Notes: generated from the sequence alone by a model not told the origin. A stretch of DNA of 63,591 nt, filler included, from Sphacelaria rigidula (GCA_964200075.2; 10 parts of 10 records of this genome joined end to end with filler, not necessarily neighbours in it), one strand, 5' to 3'. Numbered from the whole stretch's first letter, positions 25,637 through 38,437 are shown. Translations and numbers: made by a program.

Positions 25637-26410
25637 GGTGCTAGTGCCAGGTGCCATAGGTACGACCCACTGGCACCTCGGGTGTCATTAGGAGGTGCCA
25701 CCGGTAACTTGCGGGCAACTGGCACGTCCATTGACACATCAGGTCCCAGCGGGACGAGGACCTGGCAACTGCTGTCGATTCAGAGTAGAAGTCAAAAGTT
25801 GATCTGCATGATGAAATCATGGCCAAGGCATCAGCACCGTGATGCCACCACGATCTAGTGGGATGGGAGTTGGGAATAGCACGGAGGCACCTGAACGATG
25901 GCGGGGATATGTGGGCCGGGGAAATACACTCCCGTTGACGTTCACCAGTCAACATGTATTGAGGCTGCATTAAAACGACGCCCCATGATATCTCACAGGG
26001 AAAAAACAGAGAAGCTCAATCTGCTGGTATTGATCGATTCGAGAAAGGAAGCGTTGTCAGGAGCAATTCGTCTCACACCGCGATTTCGTAGCAAATCTAG
26101 AGTGGGGGAACCCCAGCCCTTATCCCAACCCTAACCCTCGCATATTTCACTGCTGATGGCCTTCTAACCGCCGTACATGTCATTAGTTTTCGATTGGTCC
26201 CTGTTCTGGATGGCGATCTCCAGCTACTACGAGAAGAGGTACCTAAACTAGAAGTTCCCGATATATTCAAGTACAAGTTACTGTGAAATATACCGGGAAT
26301 CTCGAGTCTGAGATACCTCAACTATTATCGTGAGATGCGCCACTGGCACTCCGGGTGTCCAGCGGCAAGTATCGGCTCCTCACTGGCACGTGCCCGCTGA
26401 CACTGACACC
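25637..26410. mobile_element. Putative non-autonomous TIR element with an internal CCCTAA-like tract
   Basis: GGTGCTAGTGCCAG pairs with CTGACACTGACACC (11/14). TGGCAC/GTGCCA subterminal repeats at both ends. CCCAACCCTAACCCT at about 26124. Confidence 0.45.
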
Positions 26411-27404
26411 AAGCATTGTAAGTGATGACTGGAGATTTCAGCGGGTAGCACATGAATGAGAAGTTGCAAGATTGCATTCTGTAGGGTACGAGTGTGTTCG
26501 GTAGGCTATGGGATTCCTTGTGGAACTGACAGAACTATCGAATACAGGTACAGAAGTCTTCCACAGCATATAGGTCCTGTCAGCTATGCGGGTAACGGTA
26601 AACGCTTCGCACACAGGCCAAACAGAACAACAGTCAGGTACCGATAGGGGAGGCTACAAAACTTGCAGAAATATCGGGCACGGGTAATACCCAGGTAAAC
26701 TACGCCAGGTATTCACTCCCGAATTTGGTGTTGCGATGGTCCGGCCTCTAAACGATATCAAAATACTGGGTGAAGTTAGGTACGAGCGCATTACTCTACC
26801 CAATAGCTGGGTACTGTCGAGTACGATCTCAATACTCTACCCAATGCTTGGGTGCTCAGAGTACGATTTTTCTAAATACCCAAATATGGGAAATACCTCA
26901 CCCAACACACCCTTGACCGGCAGCCAATACGTAACAGGTCTCGGCGGTATCAAGACCTCAATAATATAACCCTAGAGAAGTAGTTTCCACACTTGAAATA
27001 TTCCGAAACCATTCTTCGATTCATGGTATATGGCGTTTGCCCACAGTTGGCTCTGTTTTCTTCTTTATTGTTCATTCACCCAAGGATTCCCTCGAGGAGG
27101 GTCGAAGAGGCAGAAACTCTGAGGTTGCATGCTCTGTAGGGCACGGATATATTTGGTAGGGTGTGAGAACTCTTACAGCCCTTACAGAGCTGTCGGGTAC
27201 CGATATAGATACCTTACAGAACATACACAACCTGTTGGGCACGGTGTACGCGAACACTTAACCGTAACCGGGTATTTTGACAAGGGCATGGCTGTACCCC
27301 AGGTAAGGGTAAAAACGTTTCACATATAAATCCAACCATAGAACTGCTGTCGGGTACCGCCATGGGAGACTTACAGGACTCACAGGACCATAATTTATCG
27401 CTTG

Positions 27405-28045
27405 CCCTGGTTATTTGACCGTTGACCATGCAACCCTCTTGAGACAGAGCACCATTCGTACTCCTAAATAGAAACACCTCCAACATTTGGGTGCTCGCTA
27501 CGTTTCTTCCGTACATGAGACAAAAATGTTTTGCAGATTTTATATATTCCCTTCCTGTTTCGCCGTCTGTGGCCATCATCGATCTAATAGTAGAGTGATC
27601 GTTCTCTCGCTACAGCACTGTCTAATGCACCAAACGATTTCATGCCACCTTCGTTTACTTCCAACATTTTCGCCCATCTAACACGTCCCGTTCCCCCGTG
27701 TCAGTTCACACTCTACCCCTTTGTTATGAGTTCTACTCTCTGTTGCTTTGCCACAGGGGTATTTCCGTGTACCTAATGCCCCCTCTACTCGACAACTGGT
27801 GTACCCTTTTCTTCTTTTTAACAGGTCCGGGTCCCCCACCCGATATCGCACTTTCGACTTTTTCACGGCGTCCATCGGGCCGTGCAGAAATGTTTTCATC
27901 CCTATCCCCTCTCTCAACCGCCCGTGTATCTTCAGGGGCTCTTCCTCAACTACTTTCCGTCGTAGAGCTCATTTTTCCCTTATTTTTCTCATGTCTCTTT
28001 TTGTCTTGTACCCCCCGCATTCACCCATACTGGCGGACAACTGTA
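27405..28045 (-). mobile_element. 5'-truncated LINE, family 1
   Basis: REGIGMKTFLHGPMDAVKKSKVRYRVGDPDL...PCGKATESRTH...ECEL and NGALSQEGCMVNGQ, homologous to 15240-16300. Confidence 0.85.
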
Positions 28046-28074
28046 GATGAGCGGTCTCCCTACTGTACAACACG

Positions 28075-28370
28075 CAGTGTTTTTCGTGAGATCGAAAGTC
28101 TTGCGTTGAGTGATGGTGAGTTTTAGTCTTCGCTCCAACTTGACCAGTTAACTTTTCATATTGCGTGTGCTTTTTCTTGGCTGTAACACTGCTGTAATAT
28201 GCTTACTGCTACACGTTGATATCCTACCCTGCACTATCGAAGACTTAAGTGGCGAGCTACAACAGAAAACGTATATAAGGCCCCAAGGGGCATCTCAGAA
28301 CTGAAACTATTTATTTCATTACTCCCCATTCTCGATCGCATCGTGGACTCTCAATCTCACGAAAACATTG
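28075..28370. mobile_element. MITE family H2
   Basis: CAGTGTTTTTCGTGAGATCGAAAGTC pairs with GACTCTCAATCTCACGAAAACATTG. hAT-like CAGTGTT end. No clear TSD. Confidence 0.7.
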
Positions 28371-28917
28371 CTTACTGGGTACAGAACCTATACATGAGAT
28401 GGGTCGTGCAATTGTTGTACTAATACTATATTACTATACAACACAGTGCTACAGCCACACACTTCCGAACTGTACGGTACGTACTTACTGCAGCACTCCT
28501 GCGGCTGTCGCGCGGTCCATGAATCGCGTGGACTGAAAGTACTCCCATGATATCAGACAATCATACTTCACTCCGCTGTTTGGAGTAGTATGGACATCAC
28601 TCACCAGCCAAAATTACAACCAACCGCAATCGGCGCCACGAACAACACCCCTCACTGCTGAGAGGCGGCTGCACCAGGCCAGCACAATATGAGCCTGATA
28701 GATATACTCGTACCGTACGTTACGAGGGGTACGAGTAGTAAAAGTGTGCAGTAGACCGCCTTGTTCGTCATCATGCTGAAAATCCCGGAGGATGCACGGG
28801 GTATCTAGAACCATCTTGAAGATTGCAGGTGAGAGCATCGCGCAGCCAGCAAGAGGCGCGGTATGCTCTACTCTATGCGCCATATGAAGTCTTATCATTG
28901 TACTGCAGAAGGATGAA

Positions 28918-29472
28918 ACAACCATCGTGCGTTGATGACTCATTCGAGCCTTCATCATGAGCTTTCTATCAAAATTGTTTTTTTGTACTGTAGTGTGTCT
29001 GTCTGTAACCAAGAAGCAGCCACTGCTGTTTCCTCAGGGGGAAAACACGGCGAGAAGGAACGTGGAAGCGAAATTTCTTCGCGCTTTCTTTGCACTCAGG
29101 AGCGCGCGTGAGAAGGAGCGAACAGAATATACGATATACGACCGCACGGCGAAAGGCCCATTCTTCCACATGTGCGCCACGAAAACAGAATCACTACATG
29201 TGCAGATGAGAGGCGGCTGCACCAGGCCAGGGTCGTGGGCCTGATGGGTGTTCTGATGGACCGCGCCGTGCGATCGTATATCGTATATTCTGTTCTTTCT
29301 CACGGGCGCTCCTGAATGCAAGGAAAACGGGAAGATTCATTTTACTCCGTGTTTTCCCGTCGGGGAAACAACAGTCAGTTGCTACTTCTTGAGTTTAGAT
29401 TTCAACATACTACAGTAGTAGCAAACTTATGAAGGCTCCTATGTGTCATCACGGCACTAATGGCTGTTAACA
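28918..29472. repeat. Diverged foldback element with arms of about 220 bp
   Basis: Arms at 28918-29151 and 29263-29472 share GAGCCTTCAT, GGGAAAACACGG, TCAGGAGCGC and GAACAGAATATACGATATACGA in inverted orientation. Confidence 0.8.
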
Positions 29473-30653
29473 GTCTGTCCACAACATACCGCTGTGGGCA
29501 CGGGTACAGCCGACCATCGGGCAGTACAGACAACAGTAAGTATACTAGCAGAGGAGATACAATCTCAACGAAGACGTCGCATATTTACCTCAACAACCGG
29601 CTTTTAAAAACTTGAGGCATGGGCCTCCATGTATACTTGTGCTCGCAAGCGCGTGTCCATTTTCACCAATAGGCCAGTCAGTGGCGATGTGCGGGGACAC
29701 AGGATGCTCTCGCAACCCGCGGAAGTGCAAGTCGCTGATGTGGCCCTTTACACAGCACAGTGAGAGACTGCCCCGTACAACGCGAGGAGAATATGAAGCT
29801 ATTTGCTCGCGGGACAGTAGTGAAGAGACAGCGAGTTAAAATCTGATGTGTCAAGACCGCCAACACATATAAGTTAAAGTTATATACCGGGCGGCATCTT
29901 CACTTTCTTGAGCTGTTTACTGCTGTGTACAGTACTTTTTGGTACAACACGGGCAGTACCTTCGCGTTCTTTGGGTGCTTGCTTCACACACTTGCTTCAC
30001 ACGCTTGCTTCCCACGCTGCAGTCCAGCACAACACACACGAGAACAAATGGTAGCGGGATAATTTTGCCCGACAATGCAAGGCGGAATAATTGATTGCAC
30101 AGCAGGCGGTACCACATTAAGGGACATGGACCTGCAAAACAACAACCCGTGCACAGCACAATATACCGAACTCCATCTGTTCTATGGGCACGTTAGATGT
30201 ACATTCGCGTCTCTGTCGAGGCGGCTGCCGCTGCCCAAACGCCGTCGCATACGCCAAAACAGTGTACGCGGTTCATGCACTGAGGCTGTATTATAGAGGA
30301 AACGTTTACTGTCGTCTTTTTCACGTGTTGGTAGTAGTGAGAGATATGCACTGCACTGACGAGAAGCTCTAAGCTTTATCATGGCGTCCTCACGAACTCA
30401 CCTCTCGCGGGTGTCGCGCAGGCGCTCCTCCCGACACGTGCACTTGTCCCTGTCTGAGTGGCGCGAGTCAGAACACAATAAAGGGATACGAGGTGGTCAG
30501 TCGCGAGGTGCGCCCCGGTGCTCGCGTCCTTCGATCAAATGTCGGGAAACCCAGAGACTCTAGAAGGTTCTAAGACGCACGGGTACGACAGCTTTGCATC
30601 TCGGGAGACATTGGCTGGCATTTGTCCCCTTTTTTCGTTGAGCCGTAACCAAC

Positions 30654-31017
30654 CGTACCCGGAACCAATAGTTACGAACCAAATCGTCGGAAATAATATT
30701 TGTTGTCAGTTGATTCATTAGTCGTGAACACCCGATATTTGAAGTTTTAGAGGAATGACAGTCCCGAGTGCTCCTACAACCTAGCTCGCCCAGAACGTGC
30801 ATTTGCCCAAATCGGCGCCGCAGACGCCGAATTGAGGTCTGCCAATCAATGTACTCTTTTCCCAGGGAAACCTCTGCAACCCTCGTGCCTGAGGGTTCTA
30901 TCATGACTTGGTCGGGGTTAGGGTTCGTTGGGGTTAGCGTTGGAGTTGGTGGCACCATATTTATAGTGAACCAACCATAGTTTCCGAGCATTTGGTAAAC
31001 AAATCTTCCTGGAACAC
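30654..31017. mobile_element. Putative MITE with degenerate TIRs and a TTAGGG-like tract
   Basis: ACCAAATCGTCGGAAA is mirrored by TTTCCGAGCATTTGGT. GGGGTTAGGGTTCGTTGGGGTTAGCG at about 30914. Confidence 0.45.
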
Positions 31018-31947
31018 AAACACAACAAGCTCAATGCGGCGGAGAAGCCTCCGACAAGGGGTTGCCGATAGGTCGTTCTGGACAATATGTGCATTGTTGG
31101 CAGAGCTCAGTTGCACAGGCTCAATATCTACGGCTCATGCGCGGGGGAAGTGGGTCGATTAGATATTGTTTAGATTCTTGAAGATCCATATCTTGTGATG
31201 ATACCCGAGTCAAGCACGTGCTGTGAGTGTTCATGATGCAGTAGTTTTCGGAAATTTCCAGTTTATGGACAGGGGTGTATTGGATTTTAGTGTAAAAACC
31301 GAAATCCGGATCTTTGGAGGGGGCTATTCTCCTGGCGTGCTCCTAGCGTGGTCGTTATCAGAATCCTCCCAGAATCCTCCAGAATCTCCGTGCCCCCGGT
31401 CATTATCCAGACGATCACTACCTACTCAACGTAACGGCGTAATTTCATGACAGACCCTTACCCATGACCTCGATACTCTCATGGAAAGCGTCACCGATTA
31501 CAAATTTGGTCCCGCCCAAACTCCCGTCAGATCACGGGTTTTCAGGGAGGTGATGCCCGTTTCGGACAATCGGACCGTCTCGGTGTGAAACGTGAAAAAC
31601 CTCCTGTCCCGAAATAAAAAGCATTCCTGATCTCACGAAGATGTCGTAGGAGATGGGTATCAAATGCATCCCAACTATAAATAACAACAAATTGTGCGAA
31701 TTGAGGTTTAACTCCGAGATGAGGTTCAAGCCTGAAACAGTGCTTTNNNNNNNNNNNNNNNNNNNNNNNNNNNNNNNNNNNNNNNNNNNNTTAATTAATT
31801 AANNNNNNNNNNNNNNNNNNNNNNNNNNNNNNNNNNNNNNNNNNNNGCGGGGTGGGGAAGCGAGAGGTGGGCAAAAGCCAGCAAGCAAAACAAAAACAAA
31901 AAAGAAGACCCACCCCCCCCCCCCCCCCCCCCTCCCCTCGAAAACTC

Positions 31948-32230
31948 GAGGTTCAATCTTGGGGCCTAAGTGTCCCGATTTTTTTCGCCGACCTCCTAAA
32001 TCCATTATGGGGGGTTTCCAGCCTTCCGTTTCCTCAGGGTGTGTGTGCGAAAGCACGATTTTCGGGCCGGAAGGCGCCCCTTTATTCACTTCGAAATCGA
32101 GGCAAAAATGTGCTTTCGCACATAAACTTTGGGGGAACGGAAGGCTGGAAAGGAGGGATGAGGTTGTCCATATAAAAGTCATGTGTCATGACTTTAGGTC
32201 AGGGAAAGCACTGTTTTGGACTCGAACCTC
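31948..32230. repeat. Palindromic MITE-like element
   Basis: Inner inverted arms of about 48 bp at 32015-32062 and 32104-32151. Weaker outer GAGGTTC/GAACCTC symmetry. Confidence 0.65.
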
Positions 32231-32881
32231 ATTTTTTATTCAACCCGTTCTCAGGATCTTTTGTTAACGTGAAAAAAAAGTAAGAGCACGAGCTTCTTTT
32301 CTTTAGACTCTTCGATTGGTCGCCAACGGGTGCATTGCAGTGGTTGGTTGGTGGGTGAGCTCCCCGATCGAGGAACCAGCCACACACGCGCGCCTGGCGA
32401 CGCTTGCGATGCAGTCGTGTCTGAATCATCCCGTTTGCTATATTCATAGGCTACGTGATTGTCACATATCAGCTGATCGCCGAAGCATCGACTCGCCATC
32501 ACAAGATAGGCGTACCCAAGGTATACAAAGCGGAAACGCTTGCTAAGGAGACCTCGAGAAAGTAAAAATACATGGATAGATAGAACAAAGGGTGTACACT
32601 GAACAAAAACAAGAGAAACGAAGCAGAGCAGAAACGTGAAAGCAAAGGAATTCCTGGACGAAGAATTGAACACGCACGAATAACCCATCCCGACATAAAT
32701 AAATAGAAGGTATGACAAAAAGGAGGGAAAAAGCGGTTTATGCAACGTAGTTAACGGTTACAAGGCCGCGCAGGAAAGAAATATCGTGGAGGCTATCTGG
32801 GAGGGAAAATATTTGGGGATAAACTGTCATCTACGGCTCCACAGGGGCGACACACAAACACCATTGCAGTGCAACATAAAT

Positions 32882-32883
<2 letters not shown>

Positions 32884-32920
<37 letters not shown>
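32884..32920. repeat. (CA)n microsatellite
   Basis: Read directly from the sequence. Confidence 0.95.
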
Positions 32921-32923
<3 letters not shown>

Positions 32924-33399
32924 AGAGGGAGTTAGAAGTGGACGGCGGCAAGGGGGTATAAAAAAAGAGAGAAAGGAGCAGACGGAACCCAAAGATGAAG
33001 CAAAACATATGTACAGACACAGCGAGAGCATCGCAAAGGTGGCAAGTGGCAATTTAAGGAAGAAATACGCCAATAACCGACATTATTAGAGAGGGGTGTA
33101 TCAGCTTCGTGTCACCTCCGCCTCTCCCACTAGTCGGGTGCAAAGGGTGTCACACTCGCGACCATTTTCATCCTAGATTCCTCGCGAGTTGTTGCTGCTG
33201 TTGTGTCAGGGACGGTCGCTTCCCGTTTGGCATGTAGCTCTCACCGCAGCAGTATCTTGCTTTGACATGCGTTCGATTGGCGCATGGCTTCGTGACGCCA
33301 CGCTTCCTAAGACCCTTCCGCCCCTCTCTCGACCCCCCAGATGCAATTTGCCCTCGTTATTCGCGGCAGTGAGCCACTCTTGTGAGCCCTTGACCTCCA

Positions 33400-33655
33400 T
33401 ACCGTAGACGACCCATTCCCTTTGTTCTGCCCTACGTGGGACAGCCGAACGATGCCGCGATAGCCTCCCCCGAAACAAGCCCCGAAACAGTCACGAGGAA
33501 AATGATGATACAGCACATTATAGCTGGTTTCAGACTCCATCAATCCCCTTACATGGGCGATATTGGCGAGAACGATCCCAAGCATGAGAGCTCCCAGTTG
33601 CTCGGTGTGCTCGGCTCTGTCATTCCGCTTTACATGTAGACTTTGCCTCCTCAAA
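33400..33655 (-). pseudogene. Possible Ty3/gypsy RNase H remnant
   Basis: TEQLGALMLGIVLANIAHVRGLME...NVLYHHFP loosely follows the gypsy E-E-L-A-V...TDH-PL motif. Confidence 0.35.
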
Positions 33656-34739
33656 CCAGCTATTTTTCTGGGGGGGGGGGGGGGGCCCGCGCCATCACCC
33701 GGCCTCTAGCGCCCGCCGGGGCTCTTAANNNNNNNNNNGCTCTCCCTCCCCCACCACCGTGTGTGTGGGGGGGGGGGGGGGGGGTATCGCGGCATCACTC
33801 GGCCTCTAGCGCACGCAGGTTCTCTTAAAGCCCCCCCCCCCCAGTGTTTTGAAGTCCGGGTCAGCCTCCTTGGGGTTCTCTTGTGGCTTAACCGTCAGAG
33901 GGTGGTGCGCTTCCGAAGACGCTTTTTGTCCTGGTGGACAATGACCCCAGCGGACTACAGTTGACGCTCGCGAGTGATCACCTCGATACGCTCGCAGTTG
34001 GTCAAGCCGACCACAGCTCCATATATATAGTACATTTAATGAACAAGAAAATATACCGCAGAGTGATCCTGTGATAGTCCCCCCTCACAAAAGGGCCAAC
34101 AAACTGTCACGAAGAAATGGCCCTACTAGCTTCGATATCATCGGTAGTTCTACAACCCAGGTCTTACAATTCATCATGAAAAATGTCGATAAGCCACGGT
34201 TCGGCGGTCCAATGGTGCGCCTGACACCGGCAGAGTGGAGAACCAACCAAGCGAACAACGAATCGACGAACTGCACCCAACGGACATGTCCCTCTTGGTG
34301 CAGACACGATCTTACCTTATGAACATCCACTGAAAGAGTCCAGAAATTCCCGCACGATACAAATGCAAGCGTTCTTCACGCGCACGAATATGGAAACTAT
34401 CTAAACGTATACGCTACTGTCCAGTTCTTCAGCTCGGGGAAAAGCGAACAACGCGGAACCCGAGACGAAAGCCGGTCATGCGCATATGAAGAACAACACG
34501 AGCATAAGCAACTCCGTGATAACCCAAAAGTTGACGAACAACGAAAACGAAAACAAAACGCCAAGGCCGAATATACTAGCTAGACACGAGATAACGTCGA
34601 CAAAAAGAGCACACAATTCGCTCGCTACAAGACGTGACATGCAGCTGCACGGCCGTAATAGAAACGGGCGTCGACGACCGTCTATCCCATGTGGCACGCA
34701 AGCGACAGAGCATCCCCGAAAAATACATGTCTCCTCCGA

Positions 34740-35050
34740 TCTCTCGTAAAAGAGAGGGGCTACAATCTCGATACATCCAGAGTACCCACATGCCCATCTA
34801 AAAAAAGGCGACTGGAACACGACGTCTGTAAACCAAATTGGTGATTGGCGCGGTGCCGGACTGTGACAAGCGTGGTTGCCGACTTTTAAGGGAGGCACGC
34901 TACGCTACTGCGTCTTGACTTTCGCCTGTTTAACTCTCGCTTCGTATGGAACTCACAGCTACCCGATCAACCCGAGGCGCTCGCGCCAGCTATGATCGAG
35001 ACCGTACATTATTCCCACTGCGCAGTCGACAACGCTTCAATCCCACGACT
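34740..35050 (+). pseudogene. Ty3/gypsy reverse transcriptase N-terminal remnant
   Basis: Across frameshifts it reads KGGTLRYCV-DFRLFNSRFVWNS-YPI, matching gypsy KDGSLRFCVDYRxLN...YPLP. Confidence 0.6.
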
Positions 35051-35470
35051 TAACTCTACGCGCTATCGACCAGCCTATTCCACTCCGAACGACAAAATGA
35101 TGCCACCCCATGCCCACCGCAGATGTCTTCGCAAAGCGACTTCATCTTGACCTTGACCGTGCCAAATTGGCAGCTCTATCGGACTTTGAGTGTCAACGGT
35201 CTCGCCAAAAAACGCCCCCCGCTTACGGCTGTATGTATATTAATATGAATATATACTACTGCAAATGAGCCTCTCCACAACAACAAGCTGAAGACAAAAA
35301 GGACCACTCGTATACAAGGGAGCATTCGAGGCGTTGACACGCAACCGATAGGATAACGCCGGTAATCGGACGTTAGGTTGCAGTATTGTATGGGCCAGGC
35401 CTTCATTGTTTTCGGAGTGACCCCGGAGTAGCCCCTCCCAGGAAAGTGGAACGGAGACCGAGCCAAATAT

Positions 35471-35608
35471 CATACCCTGGACAATAGAATACACGGTAAA
35501 AAAATGTACTGCGTACAGTATGGAATCTATTGTCTATTGTAATAGACAATAGATTCCATACTGTACGCAGTACATTGTTTGATCGTGTATTCTACTGTTT
35601 AGGGTATG
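35471..35608. repeat. 138-nt near-perfect hairpin (hAT-type MITE, small-RNA precursor candidate)
   Basis: 68-bp arms with a 2-nt loop. CA...TG ends. Flanks CCAAATAT and GCAAATAT form a 7/8 TSD. Confidence 0.85.
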
Positions 35609-35734
35609 GCAAATATCTACATGTGAGGTGTTTAAACCTGGTTACTCAAACCAACCATATTTGCATTCTTGAAATAAAACTCCGAGACCTGGCCTAAGGA
35701 AGTAGTTAACGGTCCTTTCCCTTCACACGTCCAA

Positions 35735-35995
35735 CCGTCCCCTCTTCCTCGGGACGAGTCTGTGGACTCAAGGGATCGATCAATTTCTCCCCGGTACGCG
35801 GCCTGCGTTCTGGTCTCGCGGATTGGATCAGCACCCCCGCACCGCGTCAGCTCTCGTCACACGAGCTCAGTGAAACTCCTTTTTGTGCACACGTCCCTGT
35901 GCTTTCAACGGTGGAAATCAGATACTCGGAAGAAAAAAATTAGCGCATCTCGCGGGAATCGAACCCACGTTCTGTCATACAGTAATTCAAGCTAA
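35735..35995 (-). mobile_element. tRNA-derived SINE family A
   Basis: B box GGTTCGATTCCC on the minus strand. The body matches 56722-56960. Confidence 0.75.
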
Positions 35996-36779
35996 TACAT
36001 TGCTATCCTAGCTGTGTTCACAAGATAGACACACCCCTGCGGTGGAAGAACATAAGTACTCGGTCGGTGCAAAAAAAACTTGAAGAAAGGAAAAAACGGA
36101 GGGGGATTTTTTTTTTTTAACGGCGGGGAAAATTGAAAGAGGAAGCAGTCAAGATCAACTGGTACAGACGATACAGTAGACGAACAACTAGTAGACTGAG
36201 GAAAGTAAAAGGTTTCGATTAGCTCGCTCGCGTTCACCCTAAACACGCGCTCACACTTGGTCTCCCAGGCCAGCAGACATTGTATCGTTGGAATTCTCGT
36301 CTCCTCCCTGGTGCTGAGGCACAGCTGGCGGTAGAAGGTGTATCCTCCGAAGTAATTCGTCGACTCCGGCGAGTCCAGATAAGACACCTTGCGGGAGTAC
36401 ACGGTACGTCGTGTTGGTCACTTGCTGAGGAGTTCCATATATATATATATTGAATATCGCCAAAAACACGATCTCCGGCCGTCTCAAGCTGCTTGAACAC
36501 TTTCCTTCATCCCCTTCGTCTTCTTCACCGTCGTTGCCGGCCATTTCACGAGCTTAAGTAAGCACCGGATGTCTCTCCTGACCGGACCAGCATTGTGAAC
36601 AGAAAACCGTCGACGCGCCCTTGCCAGGGCTTCGGTTTGCGGATCGTGCAAACGGCAGGGCCATGGAGGCACGTTGCTCGTCAGCGACCTGGAGATCGCA
36701 TCACTAGTCGGGTACTATCAGCCGCCGACTCTACAACAAAGAGACACAAGCACTGATAAGGCGAGCTTAGGGGAGGAGG

Positions 36780-36945
36780 GGGGCGGGGGGGGGGATATGC
36801 TCATGATTTCGCATGCCATAGTCATATAACCATTGACCTCGTATCCCTACGAAGCCGGGACGGAGCACGGCGGGTTTTCGCCGGACCAGGCTCGGAAACA
36901 ATCACCACACGCGAAGCGCCGTGGTGTGTTCGGCGAATCACGTAG
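36780..36945 (-). mobile_element. LINE 3' fragment, family 2, with C-rich tail
   Basis: CCTGGTCCGGCGAAAACCCGCCGTGCTCCGTCCCGGC...GGTCAATGG...CATGAGCATATCCCCCCCCC. Confidence 0.65.
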
Positions 36946-37044
36946 GTGGGAGGGAAAGAGTAAGAAAATACAAGAAAGGAAGGTGTAAGAACAGGAAAAG
37001 TGGGGAGGAAAAGGAAAGGTGAGGAAAGGGGGAAGTGTATAGGT

Positions 37045-37444
37045 TAGGGCTCGGAAATAGTACCAGTCATAACTGGCCAATATCCTTACAATGATAATGA
37101 TGGTAATGGTTATATGATAATTTCGGATAGTGGTTTCAAACCATTATTTACCACTACCGGCTTTACAAGCAGTTACTGGCGACGTGTAATACATGCAGCC
37201 CTTGAAAATTGGCCCGAATTTAACGTATTTCTCAGCTCTAGTGAAGTCAAGCCGCGTAAAAATATACTTCCGGCAGCACGCCTCCAGCGGCGGCCTCCGC
37301 GGGGGCCTCCGAGAGGGGGACTTTTTGGCTCGCGGCTGCGCCGCTCGATGACCAAACCATTATGTACCATTTAATTTGTTAATAAGAGCGCTATGCGTAA
37401 GCATTCGACTTGTTAATGGTTAGACAAACCATTTCCGAGCTCTA
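37045..37444. mobile_element. hAT-type MITE
   Basis: TIR TAGGGCTCGGAAATAGT pairs with ACCATTTCCGAGCTCTA (15/17). TSD GTATAGGT/GTATATAT (6/8). AAACCATT subterminal repeats. Confidence 0.75.
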
Positions 37445-37936
37445 GTATATATGCTTCCTCTGTCCGAGGGATGCTACGGCATTTGTGCACAAACATTTTC
37501 TGAGATTAGAGTTGTTAGGAGCCCTTCATCTGATGCCCAATACGACTCATGAAATATGCGAGAGGGCGCCAGGATGACTATTCCAATGTGCTGGGGATGT
37601 CCCGGATAGATTAGCAAACGGTGGTACCCTGATCCATATTTTTGTTCATCTAGAACCTTGAGGAGCCTCTGAACCAGACAAGATTTCGCGCAAAAAGTGC
37701 ACCTCTACCGTAGCACTGCTCTGTCCCATAAGTTAGCGTGGATACGCTTACACGGGCCCTTAACTGTGTCCGATATAAAGGCGATGCCACAGTTGAAATC
37801 TTCCACAGTTTTAGTCGAACGTTTTGGTTGTTTGCTTATGTTCGCGCGCTACCCTACATGGGTGAAGGCCCGAAAAGAAGCCGCTGGCCCTCAAATGACT
37901 GCGTTTTGATGTTTTCGCTCCCCCCCCCCCTCCCCT

Positions 37937-38115
37937 TGGCCACAGACGGCGAAACAGGACGGGGATAAGATATGTAAAAGGTTCTTGTGTAATGTATGGA
38001 AGAAACGTGATGAGCGCCGGAATGTTGAAGGTGTCGCTAATAGTGATAGAAACGGTGCTCCGTCTCGAAAGGGATGTGTGGTCAATGGTCAAACGACGAA
38101 GGCAAGCAACAAATG
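37937..38115 (+). mobile_element. LINE 3' fragment, family 1
   Basis: WPQTAKQDGDKICKRFLCNVWKKRDERRNV...NGAPSRKGCVVNGQTTKASNK, preceded by a C-run. Confidence 0.85.
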
Positions 38116-38215
38116 NNNNNNNNNNNNNNNNNNNNNNNNNNNNNNNNNNNNNNNNNNNNTTAATTAATTAANNNNNNNNNNNNNNNNNNNNNNNNNNNNN
38201 NNNNNNNNNNNNNNN

Positions 38216-38437
38216 TCCCTTTTGGGCAATCAGGCCGAAGAAATCGTGAGTTTGGCGATTTTGAGTCGTGATGATTTGTCCTAACCGTGCAGTGTTTGCG
38301 CCATTACACGTGCCTGGGCTATGCGTACCCGGGTTGCAACGCTGAAAACGAAGCCTGAGGATTGATGCTCACGGTACGAATCAACTACACTAGGATCAAG
38401 TAATTTCAAGACGAGTTATTGATTCGTCCAACCCTTG
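38216..38437. mobile_element. Two oppositely oriented H1 MITE pieces (nested or inverted)
   Basis: 38216-38290 is the reverse complement of 11525-11595, whereas 38295-38437 matches 11638-11781 directly. Confidence 0.7.

Noticed and set aside
33670..33842. Tandem duplication on either side of a small N gap
   Set aside because: Each copy is degraded next to a poly(G)/poly(C) run. This is typical of sequencing error that left an overlap unmerged.
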